Source of the DNA: an uncultured Holophaga sp.
Lineage (GTDB): Bacteria; Acidobacteriota; Holophagae; Holophagales; Holophagaceae
DNA: 64,000 bases
Reading direction: 5' to 3'
Assembly: GCA_963664825.1 (NCBI GenBank)
Contig: OY761614.1
Span: forward strand, 736,001-800,000
Shown here: piece after piece, positions 48,781 to 59,144 of the stretch
How positions within the stretch are numbered: position 1 is the first letter of the stretch
Layout: each line of letters starts with the position of its first letter
Notes under the pieces: model-generated
What the model saw: the letters and a program-made list of their open reading frames with translations, nothing else
What the model was told of the DNA's origin: nothing
Database searches by the model: none
Made by a program: the position numbers and the translations under genes

Positions 48781-50097
48781 ATGCTTGCCGCCCTCATCCT
48801 CCCCGCCCTGGTCCAGATCGCATCGTCCCCCGCCCCCCTCACGGGCCCCTGGTCCGGTGCCATCGAGGTGCCGGGTCTGTCCCTGGCCATCCAGGTGGAT
48901 TTCGCCCACCAGGGAGCCTGGACGGGCACGATCGCCATTCCCGCCCAGGGCCTCAAGGCCTTCGCCCTGGCCGATCTGAAGGCGGAGGGCCCCGATATCT
49001 CCTTCCGCATGGCCGGCATCCCCGGGGATCCGGCCTTCAAGGGCCAAATGCAAAAGGACGGGAGCCTCCGGGGCGCCTTCACCCAAGGGGGCCAGTCCTT
49101 CCCCTTCGCCCTGAAACCCGGCGCCCTGGCCCCATCGGCCCCTCCTCCGCCCCTGGCCCCGTCCCCGGAGGATCGGGAGGTCTCCTTCCCGGGTTTCAAC
49201 GCCTTCCCCTTGAAGGGCACGCTCCGGGCCGCCCAGGGCCGCGGATACTTCGCCGTGCTGGTGGCGGGATCGGGCCCCACGGACCGAAACTGGTCCAATC
49301 CCCTGATCCGGGATCCAGGCACGGGCAAGCTCCTGCCCAGCCACGGCGGGCGGGATTTCGCCCAGTGGCTGGCCCAGCAGGGCATCGGGAGCCTGCGATG
49401 GGACAAGCGTTTCATCGGGAGCAGGGATCCCAAGCTGGATATCTCCCTGGACGCCCAGACCGGGGATATTCGCGCGGCCCTGGCCTTTGCCCGGCAAAGG
49501 CCCGAGGCCAAGGGGAAGAAGCTCCTGCTCATCGGCCACAGCGAGGGTTCCCTGCTCTCCCTCCTGGTGGCCCAGGACTGTGACGCCCTGCTGCTCCTGT
49601 CCATGCCTCCCCAGAGCATGGCCAAGACCATCCTGGAGCAGCTCAAGCTCCAGCTCCCCTCGGACAAAGCCGCGGCCAACCTGGCCTATCTGGAATCGGT
49701 CTTCCAGGCCATCCGCGCCCAGAAGCCCGCCCCCGAGGCCGGGCCGGAGGTCTTCCCTGCGCTGGTGGCCAATCTGGTGCGGCCCCTCATGCGCCCGGAG
49801 AGCCTGGGCTTCGTGCGCGACACCCTGGACCTGGACCCCTGGGCCCTGGCGGCGCGGGTTCCCGTGCCCTGTGCCGTCCTCTGGGGGGATCGGGATATGC
49901 AGACCTGGAAGCCAGCGGCCCTGCCCGAGACCTTCCCCGGCACCGTCCTGGAGATCCCGGAGGCCAACCATATCCTGAAGCGGGAGACCCGTCCCCGGAC
50001 CGGCCTCAGCGGCGCCAATGCGGGGTCCGCCTACGGCGACGACACGCCCATGGCCGATCTCGCGCCCCTGGCTGCCTGGCTGAAGGGCCTCAAATAG
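48781..50097 (+). CDS. Secreted alpha/beta hydrolase
   Basis: AGSGPTDRN, LRWDKR, GHSEG, GDRDMQ and ANH. Confidence 0.85.
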   Translation: MLAALILPALVQIASSPAPLTGPWSGAIEVPGLSLAIQVDFAHQGAWTGTIAIPAQGLKAFALADLKAEGPDISFRMAGIPGDPAFKGQMQKDGSLRGAFTQGGQSFPFALKPGALAPSAPPPPLAPSPEDREVSFPGFNAFPLKGTLRAAQGRGYFAVLVAGSGPTDRNWSNPLIRDPGTGKLLPSHGGRDFAQWLAQQGIGSLRWDKRFIGSRDPKLDISLDAQTGDIRAALAFARQRPEAKGKKLLLIGHSEGSLLSLLVAQDCDALLLLSMPPQSMAKTILEQLKLQLPSDKAAANLAYLESVFQAIRAQKPAPEAGPEVFPALVANLVRPLMRPESLGFVRDTLDLDPWALAARVPVPCAVLWGDRDMQTWKPAALPETFPGTVLEIPEANHILKRETRPRTGLSGANAGSAYGDDTPMADLAPLAAWLKGLK

Positions 50098-50149
50098 AAC
50101 CCGCTGCTAATCTCAAAAGAGACCATTCCACCTTTCCAAAGGAGTCCTC

Positions 50150-50752
50150 ATGCGTTTCCGCTTCCTCACCCTCGCCCTGGCCCTGACGGCCTTCAGCGCC
50201 TTCGCCGCGGATGCCGCCAAGCCTCGGGTGAAGTTCACCACCAACCTGGGCAGCTTCACGGTGGAGCTGGAGCCCGAGGCCGCGCCGAAAACCGTGACCA
50301 ATTTCCTGGGCTATGTGCGCTCAGGGCATTACAAGGGCACCACCTTCCACCGGGTCATCGCCAATTTCATGATCCAGGGCGGCGGCGTGACGATGAAGGG
50401 CGAGGAGAAGGCCGCCAAGAATACCGTGGTGAACGAGGCCAAGCTGGCTTCCGAAAAGGGGCTGAAGAATGTCCGGGGCAGCCTGGCCATGGCCCGCACC
50501 AGTGAGCCCCACAGCGCCAAGGCCCAGTTCTTCGTCAACGTGGTCAATAATCCCGCCCTGGATTACCCCAGCCAGGACGGCTGGGGATACTGCGTCTTCG
50601 GCAAGGTGGTCGAAGGCATGGAGACCGTGGACGCCATCCGGGACGTGAAGACCGGCGCCGCCAACAAACCCCTGAAGCCCGTGGTCATCACCGCCGCTTC
50701 CGTGGAAGGCGACAAGGCTCCCGTCAAGAAGAAGACTTCCCACAAGAAGTAA
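50150..50752 (+). CDS. Cyclophilin-type peptidyl-prolyl isomerase (periplasmic)
   Basis: FHRVIANFMIQGGG, LAMART, AQFFVN and YCVFGKVVEGM. Confidence 0.94.
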   Translation: MRFRFLTLALALTAFSAFAADAAKPRVKFTTNLGSFTVELEPEAAPKTVTNFLGYVRSGHYKGTTFHRVIANFMIQGGGVTMKGEEKAAKNTVVNEAKLASEKGLKNVRGSLAMARTSEPHSAKAQFFVNVVNNPALDYPSQDGWGYCVFGKVVEGMETVDAIRDVKTGAANKPLKPVVITAASVEGDKAPVKKKTSHKK

Positions 50753-50844
50753 GACCCCCGGCTCGGCCTTCGCCCTTCCGCGGCTCCCAGGCTGCGGGAG
50801 GGCGAAGGCACTGTTAGACTTTCCTTTCGTTTGAAGGAGTCCAT

Positions 50845-51597
50845 ATGTTCAAGCTCGACGGCAAGGTCGCCCTCGTCACTGGCGCCAGCCAGGGCATCGG
50901 CGAAGTCATCGCCAAGGAACTCGCCCGGCAGGGCGCCAAGGTCGTGTGCGCCAGCCTGGCCATGACCGAAGAAGACCTCAAGCGCGTGGTCTCCGAGATC
51001 GAAGCCACGGGAGGTCAGGCCGATTACGTGCTGCTGAACATGGCCGAGGGCGAAACCGTGCGGGCCGCCGTGAGTGAAGTCGTGGCGCGCCATGGCGCCC
51101 TCCATATCCTGGTGAACAACGCGGGCATCACCAAGGACAAGCTCCTCATCCAGATGAAGGAAGAGGAGTGGGACGCGGTGCTCAATATCAACCTGAAGGG
51201 CGCCTTCCTGGCCACTCAGGCCGTGGCCAAGCCCATGATGAAGCAGCGCTGGGGCCGCATCATCAATATCGCCAGCGTGGTGGGCCAGATGGGCAACGCC
51301 GGCCAGGCCAATTACGTCTCCGCCAAGGCCGGCCTCATCGGCCTCACCAAGACCACGGGCCGGGAGCTGGCTTCTCGCAATATCACCTGCAACGCCGTGG
51401 CGCCGGGCTACATCGCCACGCCTATGACCGAGAAGCTCCCTGACGACGTCAAAGCGAGCTTCAATAAGCAGATTCCCCTGGGCCGCATGGGCACGGCCCT
51501 GGATATCGCCGCGGCCGTATGCTTCCTGGCCACCGAAGAAGCCAGCTACATCACGGGCTGCACCATCCCCGTCAATGGCGGGATGCTGATGCCCTGA
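50845..51597 (+). CDS. fabG: 3-oxoacyl-ACP reductase
   Basis: TGASQGIG, NNAGITKD and GNAGQANYVSAK. Confidence 0.93.
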   Translation: MFKLDGKVALVTGASQGIGEVIAKELARQGAKVVCASLAMTEEDLKRVVSEIEATGGQADYVLLNMAEGETVRAAVSEVVARHGALHILVNNAGITKDKLLIQMKEEEWDAVLNINLKGAFLATQAVAKPMMKQRWGRIINIASVVGQMGNAGQANYVSAKAGLIGLTKTTGRELASRNITCNAVAPGYIATPMTEKLPDDVKASFNKQIPLGRMGTALDIAAAVCFLATEEASYITGCTIPVNGGMLMP

Positions 51598-51613
51598 GGC
51601 AAAGGGGAAAACT

Positions 51614-51723
51614 CACCACGGAGACACGGAGTGCACAGAGGAGATCACGGAGATAGGACCATGATTCACGCATTCCTCCGTGTTCTCCGTGAGTTCATTT
51701 CTCAGTGGTCTCCGCGCCTCCGG
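51614..51723. repeat. Palindromic CACGGAG-unit repeat element
   Basis: Four CAC(G/A)GAG units followed by four complementary CTC(C/A)G(T/C)G units. Confidence 0.7.
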
Positions 51724-53616
51724 CCCCGCTGGGCCTGGATCCTGTTCGCATTGGGCCTGCCCTGGCTGCTGACGCCCCTCTCCTGCGGGGCCAGCGCCCC
51801 GGGCTGCCTGGCCATGCTCTCGGCCTGGTCCTTCTGGATCGCGGTGCTGGTGCTGGCTTTCTTCGGCTTCCGGTGGCTCTGGCGAAGGCTGCTCTTCAAG
51901 GTGTCCCGGCGCCTCTGGGTGATCCTGCTCCTGGTCTCCATCCTGCCGGCCCTGACCCTCACGGTCTTCTTCCTGGGCTCCGGGTGGCTGGCCCTGGGGG
52001 CCCAGGTGAGCCGCTCCATCCAGGGCAATCTCAAACACCATGAGAGCGCGCTGCGCCAGGCGGCCAAGGAGGCCTCCGACGACCGCGCCCTGCAATCCAT
52101 CCAGGTCCTTGGCGAGGCCTGGGTTTCCCACACGGAGAGCCTGCCCAAGGGCATGGAATCCGGCCTTCCCCTGCTGGTCTACACCCGCGTGCAGGGCTCA
52201 AAGCAACTCAAGGACGTCTTCTTGAGAGTGGCCACCCGGGAGCCCAAGGGATTCCGCCTGCTCACCCTCAATATCCACGACCTGGGGCTCGAGGGCCGTC
52301 AGGTCTGGGGGGGGCGGCTCCATTACCGGGTGGACTGGAGCCACCAATCCCAGCCCGAGACCCAACGCGTCAAGGGCGCCAAGGCCTCCCGGGAGAAGGA
52401 TTTCTCCCTGGAGAACGTCAATTTCTTCACCCAGGAGGAACCCCTGGCGGCCTGGTCCCTGGGGGATGTGGCCAGGGGTTCGGGGCTCCTGGCTTCCTTC
52501 TCGCTGCCGCCGGTCTCCGTGCGCGCCCTGGACTGGGAGACCGGGCGCCCCATGGTGCTCACCCTGCGCCCCGAAACCAGCCTGCGGGAGATCTTCCTGG
52601 GCTTCGGCTTCGGAGAGGGCAATCTCTCCGCCCAGGCCTTCGGGATCATGGTGGGTTTCGTGGTCCTGGTGATCCTGCTGGGGGGCTTCCAGGCGGTGGC
52701 CTTCTTCATGGGCCTGGGCCTGGCCCGCAGCCTGGGGCGCTCCGTGGAGAACCTCTTCCGGGGGGTGAAGCGCCTGGCCCAGGGGGATTTCCAGGTGCGT
52801 CTCCAGCCCCGGAGCCGGGATCAGGTGGCCCAGCTCGCCACGGCCTTCAACGATATGGCCGAGCGCCTCCAGGAGGCCGAGGAACAGCGCTCCGAGCGCT
52901 TGCGCCTGGAGGAGGAACTGCGGGTGGCCCGGGAGGTGCAGATGCGCCTGCTGCCGGATGTCTCCCTGCTGGCCCCGGCCATCCGGGCCACCATCCTGCC
53001 CGCCCGGGAAGTGGCAGGCGACTACTTCGATCTCTTCAAACTGCCCGATGGCCGCTACGCCTTCTTCATCGCCGACGTGAGCGGCAAGGGCACGAGCGCA
53101 GCCTTCTACGCCGCCGAGACCAAGGGCGTGCTGGCGGCCCTGGACAAGGTGCGCCTCGGTCCCCGGGACGTGCTCACGCGCCTCAACGCCATCTGGTGCG
53201 AGACCCATCCGCGCCAGGTCTTCCTCACGGCCATCTACGGGCTCTTCGATCCCGCCAGCGGCGCCTTCGCCTTCGCCAGGGCGGGCCATCCCTCGGGCTT
53301 CCTGCGCAGATCCAGCGGGGCCGTGGAGCGCCTGCGCCCCCGAGGCATCGGCATCGGGATGAGCCCGGATCGCTTCGAAGCCCTGCTGGGACTGGCGGAA
53401 GGCCGCCTGGAGCCCGGGGATAGCCTGCTCTTCTTCACCGATGGCCTCAGCGAAGCCCAGGATCCCGAAGGCGCCCTCTTCGGGGAGGATCGCCTGGAGG
53501 CGGCCCTAGCCCAAGGCCAGGGAGATCCCAAGACCCGCGTCCTCCTCGCCGTGGACACCTTCCTCAAGGGGCGCCCCCTGGAAGACGACCTCACGCTGCT
53601 GGTGTTGCAGCGCTGA
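51661..53616 (+). CDS. Membrane HAMP plus SpoIIE/PP2C phosphatase
   Basis: TM helices, HAMP, VAGDYFD, IADVSGKG, FTDGLSEA and EDDLTL; start uncertain. Confidence 0.9.
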   Translation: MIHAFLRVLREFISQWSPRLRPRWAWILFALGLPWLLTPLSCGASAPGCLAMLSAWSFWIAVLVLAFFGFRWLWRRLLFKVSRRLWVILLLVSILPALTLTVFFLGSGWLALGAQVSRSIQGNLKHHESALRQAAKEASDDRALQSIQVLGEAWVSHTESLPKGMESGLPLLVYTRVQGSKQLKDVFLRVATREPKGFRLLTLNIHDLGLEGRQVWGGRLHYRVDWSHQSQPETQRVKGAKASREKDFSLENVNFFTQEEPLAAWSLGDVARGSGLLASFSLPPVSVRALDWETGRPMVLTLRPETSLREIFLGFGFGEGNLSAQAFGIMVGFVVLVILLGGFQAVAFFMGLGLARSLGRSVENLFRGVKRLAQGDFQVRLQPRSRDQVAQLATAFNDMAERLQEAEEQRSERLRLEEELRVAREVQMRLLPDVSLLAPAIRATILPAREVAGDYFDLFKLPDGRYAFFIADVSGKGTSAAFYAAETKGVLAALDKVRLGPRDVLTRLNAIWCETHPRQVFLTAIYGLFDPASGAFAFARAGHPSGFLRRSSGAVERLRPRGIGIGMSPDRFEALLGLAEGRLEPGDSLLFFTDGLSEAQDPEGALFGEDRLEAALAQGQGDPKTRVLLAVDTFLKGRPLEDDLTLLVLQR

Positions 53617-53658
53617 AGGGCTCTGATCGGTGCGTTCTGGAAGCGGAGCATTGAGCCT

Positions 53659-53743
53659 CCGCGATTATCGGCGTGCATCTGCGTTCATCAGAGTTGAAAG
53701 TTTTTTAACAATGATGGACGCCGATGAACGCAGATAACCTCGG
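53659..53743. repeat. Palindromic 10-bp-period repeat element
   Basis: TTATCGGCGTGCATCTGCGTTCATCA (53665-53690) versus TGATGGACGCCGATGAACGCAGATAA (53712-53737); 22 of 26 positions complementary; AT-rich loop. Confidence 0.75.
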
Positions 53744-53952
53744 GGTGGATGGTGCAGGCCCGGAACCTGCAGGGAAAGGGACCAGGTGCCCGAGGCCGAA
53801 AAGAACCTTCCAACATTCAGGCCCGCCGACAGGGCCACCTTCTGTGAGTCGCGTGAAGTCCGTGTTCCATGAAGGGTGCGAGGGCGGGTAGTCTATGAAA
53901 AACATTTATGACTTTCTCCGAATCGCCAACGCCCATTCCAGCAGGAGCTTGC

Positions 53953-56256
53953 ATGCACCCCCTCCTTCCAGCCCTGAGTCTCCTGTGCGTGCTGCCGCTG
54001 TTGGGCCAGACACCCGCCCAGCCGCGCCCTGCCCTCCCGACCACCCTCCAGAACGGAAGCTTTGAGGCGGGCAACCTGGGCCAGCTTCCGAAGGGCTGGT
54101 TCGTCCCCAAACCATGTGTGGATTCGGGATTCCGCTGTGAGCTCGCAGAGGACCCTGTGCTTCCAAGGAAGCGCAGCGCCTTGCTCTTCCACGAAGGAAC
54201 GAATACCGGAGCCTTCGGCAACCTGATGCAGATGGTGAATGCGACTCCTTACCGGGGGAAGCGCATCCGGCTGAAGGGACAGCTTCGCCTTGGCTCGGAA
54301 GAAACCAAGGGCACGAACGCTCAAGTGTGGCTCCGAGTGGACCGCGCCGGGAGGAAAATGGGCTTCTTCGATAACATGGACGACAGGCCTGTGCAGGCAT
54401 CAAGCTGGACGCCCTTTGAGATCATCGGGGATGTCGCTCCCGATGCTGAAGAGCTGGCACTGGGCGTCATGCTCCCTCGCGGGGGCAAAAATCTCTGGAT
54501 CGGGCCGATAGCCCTTGAAGTCCTTGGAAACACCCCTGTAATCAAGGCTGAGGGCCCGAAGGCGCTCACTCCGCAGAGTGTCCAGAACTTGGAGGCCTTT
54601 ACTAGGGCCCTGAACTACGTCCGTTTCTTTCATCCCAGCGACGAAGCCGTCAAGGCCGACTGGAACCGCCTCGCTGCCGAAGGCGTGCGAGCCGTGGAGG
54701 GAGCGGCTTCGACACGAGATCTGGTCCAGCGCCTGCAGTGCTTCTTCGCACCCTATGCCCCCTCAGCCCAGTTTCTGGCATCGGGGCAGAAACCCAAGGT
54801 ACCCGCGACACCGCCGGGTGCGGTCTTCGCTGTGCGTTGGAGCCACCTCGGCTTCGGCCAGAACAAACCTCAATCACCCTACAAGAGCACGCGGGAATTC
54901 ATCCCGCTGAAGGAGCGGGCCGGAAAGGGCTGGGCGGATCCCCGCACGACCGCGACCCTGAATCTGGCAGGAGGTGTGAGCGTGTGGCTTCCCTCTGTCA
55001 GCTTTGCGGACGCGGCCAAGGCCACCCTGCCCAAATCCATGGCAAAGCCAATGCCCGTGGAAACGTCCAAGCTGCCCGAACCCACCGCTGGCCTCCCTGG
55101 CAGCGGGGACGATCGGGCCACGCGCCTGGGTGATGTGGCCCTGGCCTGGGGTGTCTTCCAACACTTCTATCCCTACTTCGATGTGGTGAAGACCGACTGG
55201 CAGGCCGAACTTCCCAGAGCTCTGAATTCAGGTGCCCAGGATAAGGATGGGGAGGCTTTTAGGCATACCCTGGATTGCATGGTGGCCGCCCTGAAGGACG
55301 GGCATGGGGCCGTTAACAGCGAAAATTCGAAGGATTTCTCGGCACCCTCCTTAAAGTTAGTAATTTTGGATGGCTACCCCGTAGTCCAATTTGCCGGTGA
55401 GAATGCCAAGGTCGTGCCTGCAGGCAGCCGCATCCTCAGCGTGGATGGCGAAGCCTCCGAAGTGCGCTTGGCAAAACTAAGGAAGGAAATCTCCGCAGCC
55501 ACCGAAGGATGGATGAATACTCGCCTGGCAAATCTATTCCTGGTCGGTGATCTTGGCACGAAAGTGAACGTTCGCTATCGGACAGCCTCGGGGGATGAGG
55601 GTGAGGCGACTCTGTCTCGCGATGTGAATAATTGGGAGATCCCAGGCCCTCCGAAACCAGAGCCGCTGGCCGAACTCAAGCCGGGCATCTGGTACGTGGA
55701 TCTGGACCGCGTTTCGGATCAGGAATTCGAGGCGGCTCTACCGAAACTCGCCCAGGCCAAGGGCGTCGTGTTTGATCTGCGTGGGTACCCGAAAGGCTCA
55801 CCTAGTTTTCTCGCACATCTCACGGATAAACCCATGAAGAGTGCTCAGTGGAACAAGCCCATTGTCACCCAGCCCGATGGGAAGAACTGGGATTGGGACA
55901 CCTCAGGCCGCTGGGACCTGGTACCCGAAGCGCCGCGTATCGCAGGCAAAGTGGCCTTCCTCACGGGCGGCGGCGCCATCAGCTATGCCGAAAGCTGCAT
56001 GGGCATCGTGGAGGCCTATAAACTGGCGGAAATCGTCGGCGAGCCCACGGCGGGCACCAACGGCAACATCAATCCCTTCACCCTGCCGGGTGGCTATTCC
56101 ATCTCCTGGACCGGCATGAAGGTGCTGAAACACGACGGCACGACCCACCACGGCGTGGGCATCCGCCCCACCGTGCCGGTAAAACCCACGCTCCAGGGAA
56201 TCGCGGAAGGCCGGGACGAGGTGTTGGAGAAGGGCCTCGAGGTCGTCTCCCGCTGA
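53953..56256 (+). CDS. S41-family peptidase with N-terminal CBM-like domain
   Basis: Signal peptide, NGSFE, FFDNMDDRP, PDZ-like segment, FDLRGYP, ISYAE and TAGTNGN. Confidence 0.88.
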   Translation: MHPLLPALSLLCVLPLLGQTPAQPRPALPTTLQNGSFEAGNLGQLPKGWFVPKPCVDSGFRCELAEDPVLPRKRSALLFHEGTNTGAFGNLMQMVNATPYRGKRIRLKGQLRLGSEETKGTNAQVWLRVDRAGRKMGFFDNMDDRPVQASSWTPFEIIGDVAPDAEELALGVMLPRGGKNLWIGPIALEVLGNTPVIKAEGPKALTPQSVQNLEAFTRALNYVRFFHPSDEAVKADWNRLAAEGVRAVEGAASTRDLVQRLQCFFAPYAPSAQFLASGQKPKVPATPPGAVFAVRWSHLGFGQNKPQSPYKSTREFIPLKERAGKGWADPRTTATLNLAGGVSVWLPSVSFADAAKATLPKSMAKPMPVETSKLPEPTAGLPGSGDDRATRLGDVALAWGVFQHFYPYFDVVKTDWQAELPRALNSGAQDKDGEAFRHTLDCMVAALKDGHGAVNSENSKDFSAPSLKLVILDGYPVVQFAGENAKVVPAGSRILSVDGEASEVRLAKLRKEISAATEGWMNTRLANLFLVGDLGTKVNVRYRTASGDEGEATLSRDVNNWEIPGPPKPEPLAELKPGIWYVDLDRVSDQEFEAALPKLAQAKGVVFDLRGYPKGSPSFLAHLTDKPMKSAQWNKPIVTQPDGKNWDWDTSGRWDLVPEAPRIAGKVAFLTGGGAISYAESCMGIVEAYKLAEIVGEPTAGTNGNINPFTLPGGYSISWTGMKVLKHDGTTHHGVGIRPTVPVKPTLQGIAEGRDEVLEKGLEVVSR

Positions 56257-56295
56257 ACATGTGCACCCCACCTCCCTTCGGGGGATAATCGGAGC

Positions 56296-57684
56296 ATGGT
56301 TCTTCGTTCTTTCCTGCCCTTGACCCTCTGCGCCGCGCTCATCGCCCAGGCTCCGCCCCCTTCCCCGGCCACGGACCCCGGCCCCTCGCTCATCACGGTG
56401 CCCATCCACATCGATCTGGCGCAGATGTTCACAACGGTCGAACAGGCCGCGCCCCGCGTGCCCCCGGGGGTGGAGACCTGGACGCCCCTGCCCGGAAAGG
56501 CCGGCACGGTCTTCCGCTTCAATCTCTACCGGGATCCCCTGAACTTCCGCCTCAATGCCAATCGCATCCAGGTGCGCACCACGGCCTACTATTGGCTGGA
56601 GGTGGGCGTGAAGGCGGCCTCCTACATCAAGGGCGTGGGCGCTTGCGGCAAGGGCCCCGAGGGCTTCCGACGAGTGCTCCTGGGCACGAGGGCCGAGCTG
56701 AACATCACGCCGACCTGGGGCCTCGAATTAAAGGCCCTGCCCGACGATCCCATGCCCTTCGCTCCCTGCGCCATCACCTTCCTGGGCTATGACATCACCA
56801 ATCAGGTGGTGGCGAGCATGAAGGACGCCCTGTGCAAAGCCACGGGGGCCATGGAGCAGCAGGTGCGCAATTCCGCCATGCTGCGCCAGAAGGCCGAGGC
56901 CATCTGGGCCCAGGCCCAGCAGCCCATCGCCCTCTCCGAGGGCCTGTGGCTGAGCCTCAACCCCGAGCGGCTGCGCCTGGCCCCCTGGACGAGCCAGGGC
57001 AAGGTCGTCACCATCACGCCGGAGATTCAGGCCCGCCCCGCCATTTCCCTGGGGCCGAAACCCGTGGTTCAGACCCGGCCCCTGCCCCCCCTGGAGAGCG
57101 CCACCAATGGCCTCCAGCCCGGTTTCAAGATCCGTGTGGACGCCGATCTCAGTTTCGAACACGCCACCGCCCAGCTGAAGAAGCAGCTCGCCGGCAAGCG
57201 CTTCGATACCGACAAGGGCCGCTTCGAGGTGCTGGACGTCTCCGTCTCCGGCAAGGAGGGCAAGGCCCTCATGGAAGTCAGCCTGAAGGGCCGCATCACC
57301 GGCAAGCTGAACCTGGCGGGCCATCTGGTCTACAACAAGGCCCTGGGCACCCTGCAATTCCAGGACCTGGATTACACCCTGGAGAGCAAGAGCTGGATCA
57401 CCAAGTTCGGCGAATGGCTCTACCGCTCCACCCTGAAGAAGACCCTCCAGGAGAAGGCCAACCTGTTCATGGACAAGAGCCTGAAGGATGTCCGGGCCCT
57501 GGCCCAGCAGGGCCTCAATCGCCCCCTCGCCTCGGGGCTCAGCCTGGCCGGCACGCTCACGGAACTGAAGCTGGGCCAGCCTCAGGTGCTGGCCGATCGC
57601 TTCCGCCTGGAGGCCTTCCTGGATGGCCAGGTGCAGGTGAACGTGGACCCCAAGGGGCTGCTGGGTTCCCTCGGCGGAAAGTGA
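56296..57684 (+). CDS. DUF4403-like exported protein
   Basis: Signal peptide; CAITFLGYDIT and AEAIW..AQQPI...LWL..NP. Confidence 0.7.
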   Translation: MVLRSFLPLTLCAALIAQAPPPSPATDPGPSLITVPIHIDLAQMFTTVEQAAPRVPPGVETWTPLPGKAGTVFRFNLYRDPLNFRLNANRIQVRTTAYYWLEVGVKAASYIKGVGACGKGPEGFRRVLLGTRAELNITPTWGLELKALPDDPMPFAPCAITFLGYDITNQVVASMKDALCKATGAMEQQVRNSAMLRQKAEAIWAQAQQPIALSEGLWLSLNPERLRLAPWTSQGKVVTITPEIQARPAISLGPKPVVQTRPLPPLESATNGLQPGFKIRVDADLSFEHATAQLKKQLAGKRFDTDKGRFEVLDVSVSGKEGKALMEVSLKGRITGKLNLAGHLVYNKALGTLQFQDLDYTLESKSWITKFGEWLYRSTLKKTLQEKANLFMDKSLKDVRALAQQGLNRPLASGLSLAGTLTELKLGQPQVLADRFRLEAFLDGQVQVNVDPKGLLGSLGGK

Positions 57685-57695
57685 AGGAGGTCGCC

Positions 57696-58049
57696 ATGAT
57701 CCGTAGAAGCTCGGAATGGGTGGAGGAGCCCAAGGAGAATATCCGCGGGGGCCAGGGCAAGGCCCAGGGCGTGGTGTTCCTCCAGGAAGGCGAGATGGAA
57801 GGTGTGCTCAGCCTAGGGCGCACCACCCTGGAACCCGGCGCCACCATCGGCGAACATGCCCACCCCGACACGGAGGATCTCTACCTGATCCTGGAGGGCC
57901 GAGGCTCCGGTGTCCTGAATGGTGAGAGGTTTCCCGTGGGCCCCGGTGATCTCTTCCTGGTGAAGGCAGGGGGCAGTCATGGCCTGATCAACGACTCGAA
58001 GGGGCCTCTCACCTTCCTGGGCGTGCTCACACGAAAGGTCGCACCCTAA
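57696..58049 (+). CDS. Cupin-domain protein
   Basis: AAGGAGG SD; GEHAH..TEDLYLILEG and GGSHGLIN. Confidence 0.88.
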   Translation: MIRRSSEWVEEPKENIRGGQGKAQGVVFLQEGEMEGVLSLGRTTLEPGATIGEHAHPDTEDLYLILEGRGSGVLNGERFPVGPGDLFLVKAGGSHGLINDSKGPLTFLGVLTRKVAP

Positions 58050-58894
58050 TCGATGCGGATATCGCCATCGATGGTGTGCAGGCGGATCTCCTGTTCCCGG
58101 CCTGGGATGCGGCCCCGCAGCAGGTGTTCCTTGGATTCCTGGATCTCCAGGCGACCGAGATTCTGCCGGATGGAGCCGTCGCTGGTGCGGGCCTCGAGCC
58201 TCCCGGTCGCGGCACCCAGGCTGACGTGGAGGGAACCGTCCGTCGTCTGCATCCGGATGCCCTCCCCCCAGCCGTCCAGCCCCCGAGCCTGGATGCGCCC
58301 GTCCACGGTCTTGAGATCGATGCCACCCAGGACCTGCTCAAGCTCGATATTGCCATCCACCGTGGCGCCCTTGATCCGGGCGTTCAGGTTCCGGGCGCTG
58401 ATATCGCCATCCACCGCGTGAACATAGGCCTCACCCTTCAGGTTCTCGATGCGGATGCGCCCGTCCACCGTCTCGCAACGGGCATAGCCTTCCAGATCCT
58501 GGACGGAGATATCCCCGTCCACGCTGCGGGCCGCCACATTCAGTCGCCGGGGCACCTTCAGTGTCAGGTGGCAGACCGGCGCCCGATGGAAGCCGAAGAT
58601 GAAGCGGTGCCGGGGGACCCGCACCTCGATCTCGAGGCCGCCCTTCACCGGCCGCACTTGCAGTTCGGCCTTGTCCCCCGCGCTGCCATCGTGGAATTCG
58701 GCCACCAGGGAGACTTCCGGCCGGTCCCACCCCTGGAGGGCCACGCGGCCATCCACCTGCTGGATCCAGAGTTTGGCCCCCATGGCCAGAGGCTCCGTCC
58801 GCTCCACCCTCCGGCTGGGGGTCTGGGCCCCCAGGCTGAGGGTGGCCAGGAAGAAGAGGGGAGCGAAGAAGAGGGAGAGGAGCTGGGCCAGCAT
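58046..58894 (-). CDS. DUF4097 beta-strand repeat (putative adhesin) protein
   Basis: Signal peptide; repeated (T/S)VDG.I units. Confidence 0.85.
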   Translation of the reverse strand: MLAQLLSLFFAPLFFLATLSLGAQTPSRRVERTEPLAMGAKLWIQQVDGRVALQGWDRPEVSLVAEFHDGSAGDKAELQVRPVKGGLEIEVRVPRHRFIFGFHRAPVCHLTLKVPRRLNVAARSVDGDISVQDLEGYARCETVDGRIRIENLKGEAYVHAVDGDISARNLNARIKGATVDGNIELEQVLGGIDLKTVDGRIQARGLDGWGEGIRMQTTDGSLHVSLGAATGRLEARTSDGSIRQNLGRLEIQESKEHLLRGRIPGREQEIRLHTIDGDIRID

Positions 58895-59144
58895 GGGGCC
58901 TCCGGAAGGGATGCCTTCACGGTAGGCCACGCAAAGCAGGCTGGGAGACGCCATTCGGCGAAGGGGCCCCAGGGACCGGCCAGTGGAGGAAGGCACGGGG
59001 TGAGACAGGGATGGCCTCAGAGTGGGCAATGGGTTCGGCCGACTTGGAGTCGCGGTTCTCAGGCCAAACGCAGGCGTTGATGGCTGGGCGATCGGTTTTT
59101 CGAGCCGAAGTATGGACTGTCTAATAGACATAAATTGAATGTTT

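Noticed and set aside
48598..49971. N-terminal extension making the dipeptidase 1006 aa
   Set aside because: Antisense to the alpha/beta hydrolase; the signal peptide and catalytic Cys place the start at 48597.
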